Shown here one piece after another: positions 23,366-36,940 of a DNA stretch of 64,000 bases (positions within the stretch are counted from its first letter, which is position 1; each line of letters begins with the position of its first letter). The notes under the pieces were generated by a model. The model was not told the DNA's origin and made no database searches. It saw only the letters and a list, made by a program, of their open reading frames with translations. The stretch spans positions 398,908,001 through 398,972,000 of the forward strand of contig OZ024740.1 of NCBI GenBank assembly GCA_964016885.1, given 5' to 3'. The DNA is from Eledone cirrhosa (taxonomy: Eukaryota). The position numbers and the translations under genes were made by a program.

Positions 23366-24629
23366 GGGGGGGGGCTAAAAATAGGAAGAAAGCGAAAAAG
23401 TAAAAAGAGGAAAAGACAGACAGACAAACGTAAGAGAAAAAGAAAAGAGGAAAGAAAAAGAGACAAGGAGAGAAGGAAGGAAAAGAAGTAGAATAGAATG
23501 ATGATGTGATGACAAAAAGGAGGAGGAGGAGAATTGGGGAAAAGGAGAAAGAAGATGTGGTAAAGGGGCAGCAATTTTCATTCATAAAATAGTTTTTATC
23601 GTATTAATGAAAATATACTGAATATATTTTTTTATAGTAACTTCTCTGATTAACATTGACCTAAAACAAGTAGAAGTCCAGAACAAGTTATTGGCAACCA
23701 AGCAGCTATTGATATTTCACAGTGATATATAGATAATGCAACTCTCAAAAATAGCTATTTATATCACCAGAAAAATCAATGCACATACAAATGTACGTAC
23801 ACATGCACACACACACACTATATATGTATATATACATATATTCACTTCACCTCGCAAAGACGCTCTTTATACGCGCGCGCACGCACACACACACACACAT
23901 ACACACATATATATATCAAATATGTTTGATTTTTATGCATCTCAATAAAATGCTCAATAGACTTTGTCCTGAGCCATAATAATTCAAGAACATGTCTTTC
24001 ACTTCTATATATATACACAAGGCCGGATTAAAGGAAGCAGAGTTTCTAGACGCAAGAGGACATCTTCTCCCACCTCACACAAGCATCTACTTGCAAAAAA
24101 AAAAAAAAGAAAAAGAAGAAGCTTAATGGAAATTTAAAGTACATACATGCACGTATACAGATAGAACGATGCTGAAATTGCAGAATCGATCCATGTCGAC
24201 CTCTAAATCAGAGGTGACTCTTAAAGAAAAAGAAATACATTTAATAATAGTTAAAATATTCTGAAATTTAACAAAATATGTGATGTTTCATAACAGGGTG
24301 GAGTCCCTCGGACTATAAGGCCCTGGATTGCAGCCTACTTAGCCTATATGTAAATATCCGATATGTATGTATGTTCTTCTGGTTTTATAATTTCACACAT
24401 TTTTTCCCAATAGAGAGAAAGTCGGTTTCTAACATAGACACAAGACTCTCTCATTGGAATTTACACAACATCAACTAGGTAGATTATGTATGTATGTCTG
24501 CATGTGTAGATATGGATGTTATTGTATATGTGGGTGTGTATGTTTTGAGTTGTATGTGTGCATGTGTGTATGCTTTGTATCTGTACATGTGTATATCCAG
24601 TTATTAGATGCAACATTTTTGGAATATTT

Positions 24630-24770
24630 TACAAAAATGGATTGTACTTGTAATTTCCTAACTAGTTGTGTTCTTTCTGTTCCTGTGAAGCCCAGATTCT
24701 CAAGATTTGTATTGAGGAAGTTACTAACATATCCCAGGGCTCCAACAATCATAGGCATAAATCTGAAGGT
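24630..24770 (-). mobile_element. R4-like RLE endonuclease C-terminal fragment
   Basis: FRFMPMIVGALGYV...LENLGF...LVRKLQVQSI, similar to the end of the 49352 ORF. Confidence 0.6.
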
Positions 24771-24825
24771 GTATGTATGTATGTTATTTTGTGTTTTTTG
24801 TGTTTTTTTACACAAAATAACACAC

Positions 24826-24923
<98 letters not shown>

Positions 24924-24989
24924 CAACAACAACATCAACTGCCACCAGCGACCGGGCCTTAAAAAAACAACAACTTTAATAATAATAAT

Positions 24990-25125
24990 TTTTCTGCTTT
25001 TGGCACGGAGCCAGCGCATTACTGGTACTCTCTTTTGTTGACTCCGTGGGGATGAAAGGCAAGGCTGACCTTGGCGGGATTTTAGCTCGGAGCGTGGAGG
25101 GCCATAGCTCTATGCTGTAAAGCAA
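24990..25125 (-). mobile_element. Meta-like SINE
   Basis: Diverged copy (GATGAAAGGCAAGGCTGACCTTGGCGGGATTT). Confidence 0.75.
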
Positions 25126-25210
25126 TTATAATAATACTGAACGGTAATACGAACGGCTTCAACTCTTGAAAGTCAACAGTTGATATAATCTTGTATCAGT
25201 AATGACGGTA

Positions 25211-25242
<32 letters not shown>

Positions 25243-25369
25243 AAGTGAGTAGCGTGTGTGTGTTTGTTTGTATGTATGAGTGTTGGTGTGTGCGCGCGTA
25301 TGTATGTGTGTGTATGTCGTACGTATAAGTGTCAATAAGTGAGGGTTTTTTTTTTTTTGCGCGGGGACA

Positions 25370-25631
25370 GAAATAATCGGGCTGGATACCCGATCGCGCA
25401 GTTAAACTACTGGGAGTGAAGGACCCTTAGCCCTTGTCAGGGCATTCTTCTAGGAGAAGGCATCTCAGGAAACTGGGTTAACTCCGACATAAAACCTGCG
25501 GCTCAGTAGTTACCGATGATGTTGATCTTTTCTTCTTTTCGGGTTATAGCTACTGTCGCTCAGAGAGTGGGATTGGCTCAGTGCACAGTCTTTCCTCACT
25601 TTAAAAATATTCGTCACGCACAGGCATTGCA
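25370..25631 (+). mobile_element. RTE/RTE-X-type 5' leader fragment
   Basis: Homologous to 48798-48990 (CCCTTAGCC.TTGTCA.GGCA..TTCTAGGAGAAGG...GCA.AGGCATTGC). The family assignment is from recall of RTE-type leaders. Confidence 0.5.
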
Positions 25632-25634
25632 CGA

Positions 25635-28600
25635 TTGTATTCCCACGAACACCAAGAACTCTCCCGACAAACATAAGCATCATTGAAATCTCAATAGAAC
25701 AGTACAAACCTTTAAAACAAAAATTCCCTAACGCAGTTGGAGACTTCAGAGGGTCGGTTACCAAGAGGATACTGACATCCTCTTGGAAACACCCATGACC
25801 AGCCAAAGGGACGGTTCTACTGTCCCTTCACCACACGATCAAGGTAAGTGCCCCTGTCTCACTTGCCCCGTTTCTCATCCAACATGGCCGTACTCAGAAT
25901 AGGCAGTATAAATGCACGTGGCCTGGGGTCATCTTGGAAGCAGGGTCACCTGCTCAACGGCCTCAGGTCACTAAACATAGATGTGGTGGCCATCAGTGAG
26001 ACCAGAATCTCCGAAGCACAAGCCTTCGCACCGATCTTCGGCGGCTACGATGTATACGCATCTCCCATCCGTCCAGGATCGGGGGAGGGGTTGCCGTCCT
26101 TTTTCGGAGAGGCTTGGATCTCGCCATACGGACCATCTTCCTAGACCCAGAAGGTAAGTCGGTGGTGCTGGACGTGACCTGCAGCGAAGGCAATGCTTTC
26201 AGGCTAGTAGCCGTCTACGCCCCAACAGGGGCAGGACGGCCAGATTTCTTCAGACGTCTAGAGATCTTTCTTGGAACGTCCCGCTCTTTAGTGTTAGTGG
26301 GCGACTGGAACGGTATCTTGGATGCACGCTGGGATTGTGTGGGGCTAGTGGATAGAGGAGGAGGGTGCAAGAACCTCACCAACCTGCTCAGACGTTTTGA
26401 ACTGTCTGACAGGTATCGACTGGATCACCCGAATGTGCCAATGTGGACATGGACAAATCGCATCGGGTCATCCAGATCATATCTCGATAGGGTATTCTGC
26501 AGAGAACTAGATAAGGCTAGTATAAGTTGTCCACAATTTAAAATAGTCGACTACACAGACCACAAATTTGTGATCGGTGAGATCGACATAGACAGACTTC
26601 ATAGACAAGGGTCTGGTTACTGGAAGCTGAACGCGTCTTTCCAGGCGCGCAAAGTCTACAGAGACCGGATTAGCGTATTAGTTAAGCGGGCGTTGACGGG
26701 AGCGGTCGTCAACAACAGGTAGTGGTTCGCCCTGAAAAGGGCAATTAAAGTAGAGTCGATTAGCAAATGACTAGTGATAGAGGAAAATAGAGTAGAGGGA
26801 GAGCTAGTCAGAAAGCTAGAAGAGGCGTTTAGGACAGGCATCGCAACCGACGTGCTTGCGGTGAGATTGGCACTCGACCAATTCTTCAACGCAAAACACG
26901 AAGGCTGCGTTGTCAGAGCTAGAGCGCGTGCTCTGAAACACGAGGGGACAAAAGCCGTCCAATGGGCCCGGGTCGCAGAGGCGCGACGTGGCAACAAGTC
27001 CACAATTCGGTCTTTGTCTGACCAAAACGGGTGCGTGTTGCTCGAACCCGAGTTGAAGCTTCTCAGCAGCACTTTGCTGAACTGTTCGGGAGCAGCGGCA
27101 GCCCGGATCGGGGCATAGACTTCAGTGCATACCTCGACAGACTGCCTCGGCTCTCGACGACCGCAGCACAGTGTTGCGAAAAGCCAATAACAGCCAGTGA
27201 AATACGGGAAGCGATGGCTAACTGCACGAGGGGTAAATCGCCAGGTTTGGATGGTCTGCCCTACGAGCTTTATGCATTTATACCAGACTTGTTCGGTGAC
27301 CTCTTGGCAGACGTCTACTGCAACCGGCAGCAGAACGGGAGCATTCCCAGTTTTGTGAGCCGAGGAGCGGTGGCGCTGCTGAGAAAAGACCCGAACAAGG
27401 GGGATGTTATCGATAATTTCAGGCCCATAACCCTGCTAAATGCAGAGTTTAAGATTTTGGCCAAGGTGTTAGCAACGAGGTTGGCGCTTGTCGTCAAGGG
27501 TCTGATGGGAGAGGCGCAGACATGCACCATTCCGGACAGATCCATACACGACAACCTCCACCTCATACGATACATTATAGAGAGGGTGGTTAAGGAACCT
27601 GGCACGGATGGGGCCCTGATCAACTTGGATCAATCCAAAGCATTCGATAGGGTCGACCATCGGTACCTGGCGGCGGTCCTTGAGGCAGCCGGTTTCGGGC
27701 CCGTTTTCAGGGTTTGGATCGCTGCGATGTACAGCGACATTGTGAGGGTGAACGGTCACCTGTCGCAGCCGTTCAGCATCATGCGCTCAGTCCGCCAGGG
27801 TTGTCTCCTCTCGTCCCTCTTGTACGTATTGGCTCTCGAGCCGTTACAGCACAAACTGGGGACGATGAGGGGCGTCCCACGTGAACTAGGATGCGGAAAA
27901 TCCGAGTCGGCTTACGCTGACGACTTCACCGTGGTGGTGTCGAGCACCAGACACGTCCAGATGCTCGGCACCGCTCTCAAGGAATACGAAGCGGTGACAG
28001 GAGCAAAGATAAACCAGGAAAAGTCGGTGGGTTTGCAGCTAGGCACCTGGAGAGGAAAGTCCACGCCGACAGGGTCGTGGGGCGTTGGACGGACGGACCG
28101 GTTAAATTGCTCGAGGTCTGGTTCGGACCGGACCTCCAGATGGAGAAAAACTGGAACGAGGTGACGAGCAGGGTGGCCTCCCTCACCCAGAAATGGGCTG
28201 AGAGGAAGCTGTCCCTGAAAGGCCGGGCTGAGGTGGCGAATGCGTACATCGCATCCGTCATCTGCTACCGCCTCACCGTCGTCCCTTGCCCCGGCCCAAC
28301 TCTCACCAAAATCGAGCGCCTCCTCTTCCGCTTTTTGTGGAAGGGACGCGTTCCCATGGTCAGACGATCCATCTGCTGTCAACACCCGTTGCGTGGAGGA
28401 CTGGGCAAGCAATGGCTAAAGATGCGCAAACATGCGCTGAGGCTGCGACATCTCTGGTGCTTCCTTGACAGTGAACAGGTGTGGTCGCCGTGCGCCAGGT
28501 ACGTTTTCCCACAGCTCGTCTCCTTGACGGAGCTGCAGTCCTGGGTCAGAAAAAGACCGAGGGATAGCGCTTGGAAACTGGAATGTCTCCAGGCGCTCAC

Positions 28601-29586
28601 TGCCCTCTGCCAGCTGGGCACCAGTATCGGTGGAACATCCACCTCGGCGTTCTATAGAGGACTAGTGGAGGGGAAGAGCGACGACGTTCTCGGAGAGATC
28701 CTGGGCGTCGAAGAAGATCAGCTGTTTGCTCTCTTCCGGAGAACTTTCAGTCCAGGGCCTATGGATAACTTCCAAAAATCCCTGGCCTGGCAGTGCTACC
28801 GGGGAGCGCTGCCGGTTCGAGATAAGCTCTACAGGCACGGAAGTGCCGTCAGCCGAGCCTGTCCGAGATGCGCGCAGAGCGACGAAACCGTCGTGCACGC
28901 ATTCGTTCAATGTCCGAGCATTGCTGACTTGTGGAGCTATGTCGAACAGTTGCTGTCGCGAGTAGGACTGATCCGGTTATCGACTGAGTCCATTGTGCAG
29001 ATGGTCTCGCCGTCTTCCTTCGGGGAGGAAGGACAGGCGGTTTTCATCTGCCTGGAGGCCATGGCGAAAGAGATTGTGTGGTGGACAAGGTTGAAAGGGT
29101 TAAAGACAGACACTTTCCTCTTCGGCGAATCCCTAATTAACTTTTTCAAGTTTCACTTGAAGAGGAAAATCAGGGTGGAGGGGCAAGTGCTGCCTTCTAG
29201 CAAGTTTGTTGAAAGGTGGGTGAATGTAGCGAGAATGGTCCGAGTGAACGGGACCGCTCTGAATATACGTCTGTAGTTTGAGAAATGGAAAAATTGAGAG
29301 AGGGCGCTTGCCCTGGTGGTCAGGGTGGCCGTGGTCTTTTGTGTGGTTTTCGCCACGAGTAACCCTCGGAGGTTTCCCCCCTATTGGGGAATTTTTCATT
29401 GTTTCAATTTTCATTTTTATTGTTTATATATATATATGTTTCTCTGTCTTTTTTTCTTTTCTTATATAAATAATAAAAAATATTTACACGCACAAAAAAT
29501 ATTTACACGCACAAAACCCACATCGTACCGTCCTGTACCGTCCTGTGCCGTCTGTAATGTTTTTTATTGTGGTCAATAAAGAAATC
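25635..29586 (+). mobile_element. L1/Tx1-clade LINE, 5'-truncated in ORF1; ORF2 25884-29276 disrupted
   Basis: APE (SINARGL, ISET, GDWN, SYLDR, TDH), RT (KSPGLDG, FRPITLLN, DQSKAFDRVDH, RQGC, AYADD) and C-terminal CPRC..ETVVHAFVQC. AATAAA at the 3' end. Confidence 0.95.
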
Positions 29587-31450
29587 ATTATTATTATTAT
29601 TGGTCTTTGAGTCTCAGTCATTGATGTTAGTTAACTGGAAAGTTTGTTGAAATGAATATCAAGCCACTACCTGCAGCCTCAGATATTCAGGACGTATCGG
29701 AGGGTTCTTGCTGTTCCCAGCAAGCATGCCTTTTGAAGCGTTCCAAAAAGCGTGGCGGGGCCAATTTTCTTTAACCATCCCTGGAAACTTTTTGAGATAG
29801 TACCTAGTCCGCCTATGACAATCGGGACCACTTTGACTTCATGGCAGTTCCAAATCCTTTTTACCTCCCACTTTAAGTCCTGGTATCGGTTAATTTTCTC
29901 CCTTTCCTTCTCTTGCACTCTCGTGTCGAATGGGCAGGCCACATCCACAATCAGGCACGATCTTTTTTCCTTGTCCAAAACCACCAGGTCAAGTCAATTG
30001 TGTTCCAGTTTCTTGTCCGTCTGTATCCTAAAATCCCACAGCACCTTCACCTGATCGTTTTCTATCACCGACTCTGGCTTATGCTCATACCACTTCTCAG
30101 AATGTGGTAAATTGTTTACTTTGCATAGGTGCCAGTGGATCACCCTGCCCATCACATCATGTCTCCAGCCTTTATAGTAAGTCTGGGCTAGCCACAGTCT
30201 CCTCTCTCTCTCTCCACAGATCCTGCACAGTGGGCTAGCCTCCTCCTTGTAAATATGGTGTTTCAACCACTTCGTTTTGAGGGCCTGCTCTTGCGCAACC
30301 ATTAACACTCCTTCTGTAGCCTTTTTAAGGTCTCCTCTTTTCAACCAGTTCCATGTCTGTGGATCTCTGAATTCAGTTTTCTCAAAGAAGGTACTATGAA
30401 GGGATTTTTCATGAAGGCTGCTCTTTCTCCTTGTTATTTCCTCCTTGAACATCCCCTGGTCTATTGTCCTTTCCTTCAGTACAATTCTGAGCATTGGCTC
30501 CTTACTATCAGTCACGTATTTGTGTAGGTTGTTTTCCTCCATCTGAACACAGTCCTCTATGCTGATAAGACCTCTTCCCCCTTCAGATCTCCTTATGTAG
30601 AGTCTATTGACATCACTCCTCTTGTGGAACATGTTGTAGATAGTCAATAGCTTCCTAGTCTTCCTATCCATTTCTTTTTGTTCAGCAACATTCCATCTCA
30701 GAATTCCCGCACTTTACCTAATAATAGACACAGATCGGGAATTTACTGCACTTATGGCATTCCTACTATTTAGATGTGATTTTAATACGCTCCTTATTCT
30801 CCGAATGTATTCAGATCTTATCAATTCCTTCATTTTTTTGTTCTTGATGTCATCAGCCTCCAGAATCCCAAATACTTGTATCCTTCTTCAGTGTCAATTT
30901 CCTTTATCATCTCAGCTGTTGGTACCTGGATTCCGTTGCTTCTGCTCAATTTACCCCTCTTCATCACAAGGACTCCACACTTACTAATACCAAATTGCAT
31001 ACATATATCATTGCTGAAAATACGGACAGTGTCAACAAGCACATCCAACTCCTTCTCACTCTTCCCGGAGAGCTTAAGATCGTCCATGAAGAGGAGGTGA
31101 TTGATGGTAAGCTCTCCCTTTCCCAACTTGTATCCTGCTTTCACTTTTCGCAGTATAATGGTCAGGGGCATCAGGGCAAGGACAAACAACAGAGGGGACA
31201 TACTATCTCCCTGGAATATACCTCTCTTGATCTTCACGCCCCCCAAGGATTCTCCAGCTGATGTTAACTCTGTTTTCCAGGACTTCATACTTTTGCCCAA
31301 CAACTGTCTGATGTTATCTGCTACCTTGAAGATGTCCAGGCTTTTGGTGATCCAAGAATGAGGCACCATGTCAAATGCCTTTTTGTAGTCTATCCATCCC
31401 ATGGCAAGACCAGTGTGTCTCCTCTTACAATTCCTCATTACCATCTTGAC
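29587..31450 (-). mobile_element. R4/Dong-like RLE LINE, 5'-truncated
   Basis: WIDYKKAFD, GIFQGDSMSPL, HLLFMDD, GGRGL, CRIC and DLVV..IVDVACPFD..EKI..Y motifs, with an (AAT)n tail at 29587-29601. Confidence 0.92.
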
Positions 31451-31451
31451 G

Positions 31452-33930
31452 GCAAAACCACAGGAGAAGAATATGTTGCATAAGGAACTCAAGGATGTGA
31501 AATCACGTGTTAGGCGGAGTCTTTCTCAGATGAAGGATCAGTGGTGGAGTGAGAAGGCTGATGAGATACAAACTGTGTCAGATTCCAATAACACAAAGCT
31601 GTTGTACAGTCTCTTGCGTGAAGTTTATGGACCGTCTTCTTCTCTGGTGACACCGCTTCGCAGCAAGGATGGCAAAGAACTTCTTCGTGACTCACAAGGA
31701 ATTCTACGAAGGTGGCGAGAGCACTTTGATGATCTTTTGAATCAGCCGTCTGTCGTCAATGAAGATTTCCTCAGTCTCATTCCAGAAAGTCCCGTGAAAG
31801 TAGCTCTCGCAGAATCTCCGACGCTTGTGGAGATTGCAGTGGCTATCTCGAAGCTGAACAGTGGAAGGTCTCCAGGTATGGATGGCATACATGCCGAGCT
31901 CTAACAATATGGTGGTGAGAGACTCCTGCAACATCTTCACTCTTTGTTTGGCAGGATATGGGCTAATGAATCCGTACCTGAGAACTGGTGAGATGCAGTA
32001 ATGGTGGTCTTGTACAAGGGAAAGGGTAACAGGAATGATTGTGGGAACTACAGAGGTATATCATTGCTTTCTGTCGTAGGGAAAGTTTTATGTAGGGTGC
32101 TTCTGGACCGTCTACTGACACACATTGCAGATTGTGTTCTTCCTGAAAGTCAATCTGGTTTTCGTGCTGGACGCGGCACTACTGATATGATCTTCTCAGG
32201 TAGACAGCCCCGGGAGAAGTGTATGGAACAAGGTATGGATCTGTATCAGGTTTTTGTCGATCTGACAAAAGCTTTCGATACTGTTAACAGAAAAGTTCTC
32301 CAGAAACTTGGTTGCCCTGATAAGTTCTTTGCTTTAGTTAGGTCTTTCCATGACGACTTGAAGGCTTGGGTTAATGTCGGAGGTAACATGTCGGAGCCTA
32401 TCTCAGTAAAAAATGCAGTGAAACAAGGGGATATTCCAGCACCGACCCTGTTTGCCATATACTTTGCAATGGTTTTCTGTATTGCATTCAGGAATTGCAA
32501 GCATGGTGTTTACATCCGATATCGAACCTCAGACAGCATATTTAACATCAGATGCTTTGCTGCAAAAACAAAAGTATTTACATCAATCATAAGAGACCTC
32601 TTGTATGCAGATGATTGCGATCTTGTAGCGCACACAGAGTGATATGCAGCACATTTTGAATGCATTTTCTGACGCTTGCACTGCCCTAGGATTGACTGTC
32701 AGTCTCAAGAAAACCGTCGTCAGGTACCAACCTACCCCTGGTGAGCAGTACAGTGAACCAAATATCTATGTGTATGGTAAACGACTTGGAGTGGTTGATT
32801 AGTTTGTCTACTTGGGAAGCACTGTCAATCAATACAGCAACCTTGATAGTGAAATCCCACTCAGGATAAGGAAAGCAAGTGTTGCTTTCGGAAAGCTAGA
32901 AAGGCGACTCTGGGGTCGGCGAGACATATGCAAGAAGACAAAGGTAAAGGTGTACAAGGCATGTGTGCTTTCTTCTCCTCTTTATGCCTGCGAGACCTGG
33001 GTCACACATCGACACCACCTAAAGCAATTGGAGCGTTTCCATCACTGGAGGGACCACATCAGTGATGTCGAGGTTTTGGAAAGTTCTGTGTGACAGTGTA
33101 GCTCTTGTGCTTAAGCAACGACTCTGTTGGAGTGGTCACCTTGCCAGGATGAAGGATTCTAGTATACCAAAACAACTCTTTTATGGAGAGTTAGTTAAAG
33201 GAAAACGACCGCCACATAAACCAAAAAAGAGGTATAAGGATTCCTTGAAAGCCTCTTTGAAAGACGCTAACATCTCTGCTGATACATGGGAAAATGTTGC
33301 TGCTGATCGTAATAAATGGAGAAAAACTGTATATGAGGGAAAAGTTGCCTTTGAGGCATCTCGAATCGCATACGAGAAAGTAAAGCGGGATGTGAGGAAG
33401 AGCATTGCTGTTGCACTTCCAGACGGCGAGGGTCCTCCTATGGTGCTGACATGCAGCGTCTGTGCGAGACTCTGCCTCAGCAAAGCTGGACTCGAAAGTC
33501 TTCTTCGCAGTCATAAAGTAAGACCAGTGGTTGACTACCAGGCTGCTGTTGGAGATGCTACTCATCATGCTTGCCAAGCATGTGGTAGAGAATGTAAATC
33601 AGCAGGAGGGCTCAAGCGACATGCAAAAGTACATGAACTCCAACCACAGCCGGCTATTCCCAGTGAATGTTTTGGTTGCCGACTCTGTGCAAGACATTTT
33701 AGATCATTGGCTGGGCTAAAAAGCCACATTCGATCGCAGCGCTGTTAATTGCTAGCGTGTGTGTGGGTGTATAGATATGTTTATGTGTGTGCGTGTGTGT
33801 GTGTGTATATATATATGTATATCATTATTGTTGTTGTTGTCGTTATTATTATAATTATTGTTATTATTATCTTTTTTTTTTTTTCTCGTGCAATGGCCAT
33901 ACTCGATAATGAGGGGGCAGCCATCATGTA
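31452..33930 (+). mobile_element. RTE (BovB-like) LINE, disrupted, with three C-terminal C2H2-like fingers
   Basis: CGNYRGISLLS, PESQSGFR, FVDLTKAFDTVNR, LLYADD and QRLCWSGH motifs; CxxC-x12-H fingers; 3' stem-loop followed by (TATG)n. Confidence 0.95.
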
Positions 33931-33952
33931 AGTATGTATGTTCTGGTTTTAT

Positions 33953-34152
33953 TGCAGTGGATTGGCACTATCGGTAGAGCGTAGAACAATAACTTCGAGG
34001 CATAGAGTTATGGCCCTTTACACCGTGAGTTCAAATCCACCCGAGGTTAGCTTTGCCTTTTATCATTAAAGGGTCGATAAAATAAAGTACCAGTAATGCA
34101 CTGAGGTCGATTTCATCGACTTTCCCTTTCCCAAATGTGCCTAAATCAGAAA
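33953..34152 (+). mobile_element. Meta-like SINE
   Basis: tRNA-like head, GAGTTCAAATCC and GGTCGATAAAATAAAGTACCAG. Confidence 0.85.
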
Positions 34153-34210
34153 TCATTATTTTATAAATTTTCATCGAAAAATAGAGAGAGAGAGAAAGAA
34201 GGAGAGAGAG

Positions 34211-34281
<71 letters not shown>

Positions 34282-34482
34282 CAATTTCTAATATAAAAAC
34301 AAGACTCTTTCATTGGAATTCAGACAACATCAATTTGGTAAATACGTATGTATGTCTGTGTGTGTTTGTGCTCGATATTTTATCCTTAATAGGATATCTC
34401 AAAACGCGAACGAAACCCCAGGTTAGGGACATAATCATGGTAAGAGTGTACGCATTTCTTCTAACTTTAATTTTATACCTAA

Positions 34483-35256
34483 CTAGCAGTAAAGCCCGGC
34501 GTTGCTCGGGGTCGCTCAGTAGCTGTGTTAAAGTTACAATGTTAAGTTTCTTTTTTGGCTTAAAAACTGTAGTGTCTACTGTGCAGACTTGCATGTGGTG
34601 TTTTTGATTAATATTCCCTCAACCAACAATATGCCTTATGAAGTTAAGAAAACATAACGATAACCCGAATGTTATAACAAAAGAGGATGCTGGGGATAGA
34701 AACTGCACTGGTTATTTATTAACAAAGATCGAAAATGTAAACACTGCAACGCAGAGAAAAACATTAGCGTAACCAAATTATCAGTTATGTCTGTCTGCAC
34801 GCCTATATCACCTCTCTGCACGACTGTCTGTCTGCACGCCTGAAATATTTGCTTGTTTTACGTAGTCTTTAAATAGACTTGTTTTCAAGTAAAAATATTG
34901 TTTTAAAATGCTTTTAAATGGAAATGAAGCAAAACGGAAGCTTAGTGTTCGAATGTTCGTGTATTGTGTTAATGTCATTTTAAACGCTGAGAAAGCCAGC
35001 GTAATTTTTTACGTAAGACGCTCAATGTAAACAGAACAAAGGGAAATAACTGATCACTTACGCTCAAAAATCGATACATTATATTCGATTTCGTCAGATA
35101 GGGTGGGTCAATTTGAAATTTTTTTTTTCCGATGTCTTCGCTAGGGCTCAATGTACAAGTATAGCAATTTCGGTGTAATTCCGTGAGAGATTCTAAGAGG
35201 AGATGTGTGCCAAAAATCGATAGACAGACAGACAACCACAGTTTTATATATATAGA
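34483..35256 (-). mobile_element. Non-autonomous Helitron
   Basis: Minus strand: A|TCTATATATATAAAA ... hairpin CCCGAGCAACGCCGGG ... CTAG|T. The termini match the Helitron at 52287-53475. Confidence 0.85.
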
Positions 35257-35490
35257 TTGTGTATGGTTGACGGTATATTTAGTCGATTTCTACATGCTGT
35301 TGAAATGTTGGGTAAATATTCTATTGCGGTCGGCCGCGAAGAGGCTGCTGTCGTTTATTTATCAAATATTTCTTCATAGGAGCCTTATTCTTATAGCCTG
35401 GTCTAATTGATTTTTTATGTGCTTAATTATGCTAACTGGGAGAGGAAATGGTGTATATATTTTATCAAATGATTCTATGGACATAGTTTA

Positions 35491-35569
<79 letters not shown>

Positions 35570-35570
<1 letters not shown>

Positions 35571-35754
35571 ATAATAATAAATGTGTAGATTAAAATCCGA
35601 AGAGGGCTCGATAAGGATTATATATATGTATATATATATATATATATAAAAATATAAGCAAAGAATCGTTGCTTTCCCCCTTAACGGTTAAGGGTGAAAG
35701 TAGCGATTCTTTGCTTAAACTTTAATCTGTTATCTTAATAAATATTTGCTCTAC

Positions 35755-35760
<6 letters not shown>
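35570..35760. mobile_element. Penelope-like fold-back remnant
   Basis: Hairpin AAGCAAAGAATCGTTGCTTTCCCCCTTAAC/GTTAAGGGTGAAAGTAGCGATTCTTTGCTT within (TA)n. Homologous to 1091-1270. Confidence 0.6.
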
Positions 35761-35808
<48 letters not shown>

Positions 35809-35921
35809 CACCAATATCATTAGCTCGATAAACTGTTTTTAAAAAAACACAGTTGTGAGAAGGATATTACGTTTCTTGAAATTACATACAGAAAAGATTC
35901 GCTTGCTTGGATATATGCATA

Positions 35922-36108
35922 AATTGTTTCTACTTTTGGCACAAGGCCACCAATTATTCCAGTACATTACTGGTACTTTATTTTATCGACCCCGTAAGGA
36001 TGAAAGGCAAAGTTAACCTTGGCAGGATTGGAACTCAGACCATAAAGGGCCATAACTCTATGCTACAAAGCATGGCGTCCGAACCTCTACCGATACTGCC
36101 AATCCACT
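35922..36108 (-). mobile_element. Meta-like SINE
   Basis: Near full-length match to the other copies. Confidence 0.85.
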
Positions 36109-36179
36109 GATATATACATAAATGATGGTTTTCTGTTCCTTGCAGAGCTTGACCTCTTCTTATAACTATAATTGCTCTT

Positions 36180-36905
36180 CTAGCGTGAGATCTTAAATTA
36201 TTTTTGAACGCTTGAAGAGCTGACTGCAAATACTACATCAATATCTCATTTTATCATAAGCTCCATTTTCCGTTTGATAGAATAATTGTTCAAGTGTTGC
36301 TTCAATCCTTCTCGTGACTTGCAGGTTTTTTGACAAACATGGCATTGAAACTGGTCATCTGGAAAAAATTCCAAAAATTCATGCGTGCCTTACCTCCATG
36401 GTGCAATCTCAGACCAGCATGAGATGTGCATGTATAAGAAACATTTAAAAAAAGAATAAGAATAACTCCGAACGCTATTGCTATTAATCTCATTTTTACG
36501 AACTTTTTTTTCGTTTCAGCTCAAAACATTTAACACCACTCCAAAATCGTAGCTCATCATGTTTCCCTATATGTTGTAAGACGTTCAAAACTGTTGTAAC
36601 ATAATTTTAAATTTGATTTTAAAGATCTTTGTATCTTTTCTTTGGCTTACTATTTTTCTCTTTTCCAGCAAAAGCACACTATAAAACATCTGTTTGGGAA
36701 TGCGCTAATCATCCATCTGGATAAGATGTCATGTCCATCGTAGTTGATTCCTAATAAGCATGGCTTGGGTTGATGTTATCCTAGCTTCAGCGAGACCTCA
36801 GTGCCATGAATGAGAGAGGACCAGCTTATTCTGAATATGTAACAGAGACATAGTATTTTTACATGACGGCTGTATACTGTCCATGTTTCACGTACATACA
36901 AACGG
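36180..36905 (-). mobile_element. Highly degenerate RTE fragment
   Basis: Minus strand near 36680-36750 reads QLRWT*HLIQMDD*RIPKQMFY. Confidence 0.55.
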
Positions 36906-36940
36906 CCGCATTAATATAATATACACACACATATAAATAA

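Noticed and set aside
24019-24361. hAT-like MITE
   Set aside because: The left end is suggestive (AGGCCGGATT), but the right TIR is incomplete and no TSD is visible.
24454-25041. His/Thr- and Cys/Val-repeat ORFs (also 1434-1734, 48377-48832, 50031-50450, 61160-61653)
   Set aside because: These are translations of microsatellites.
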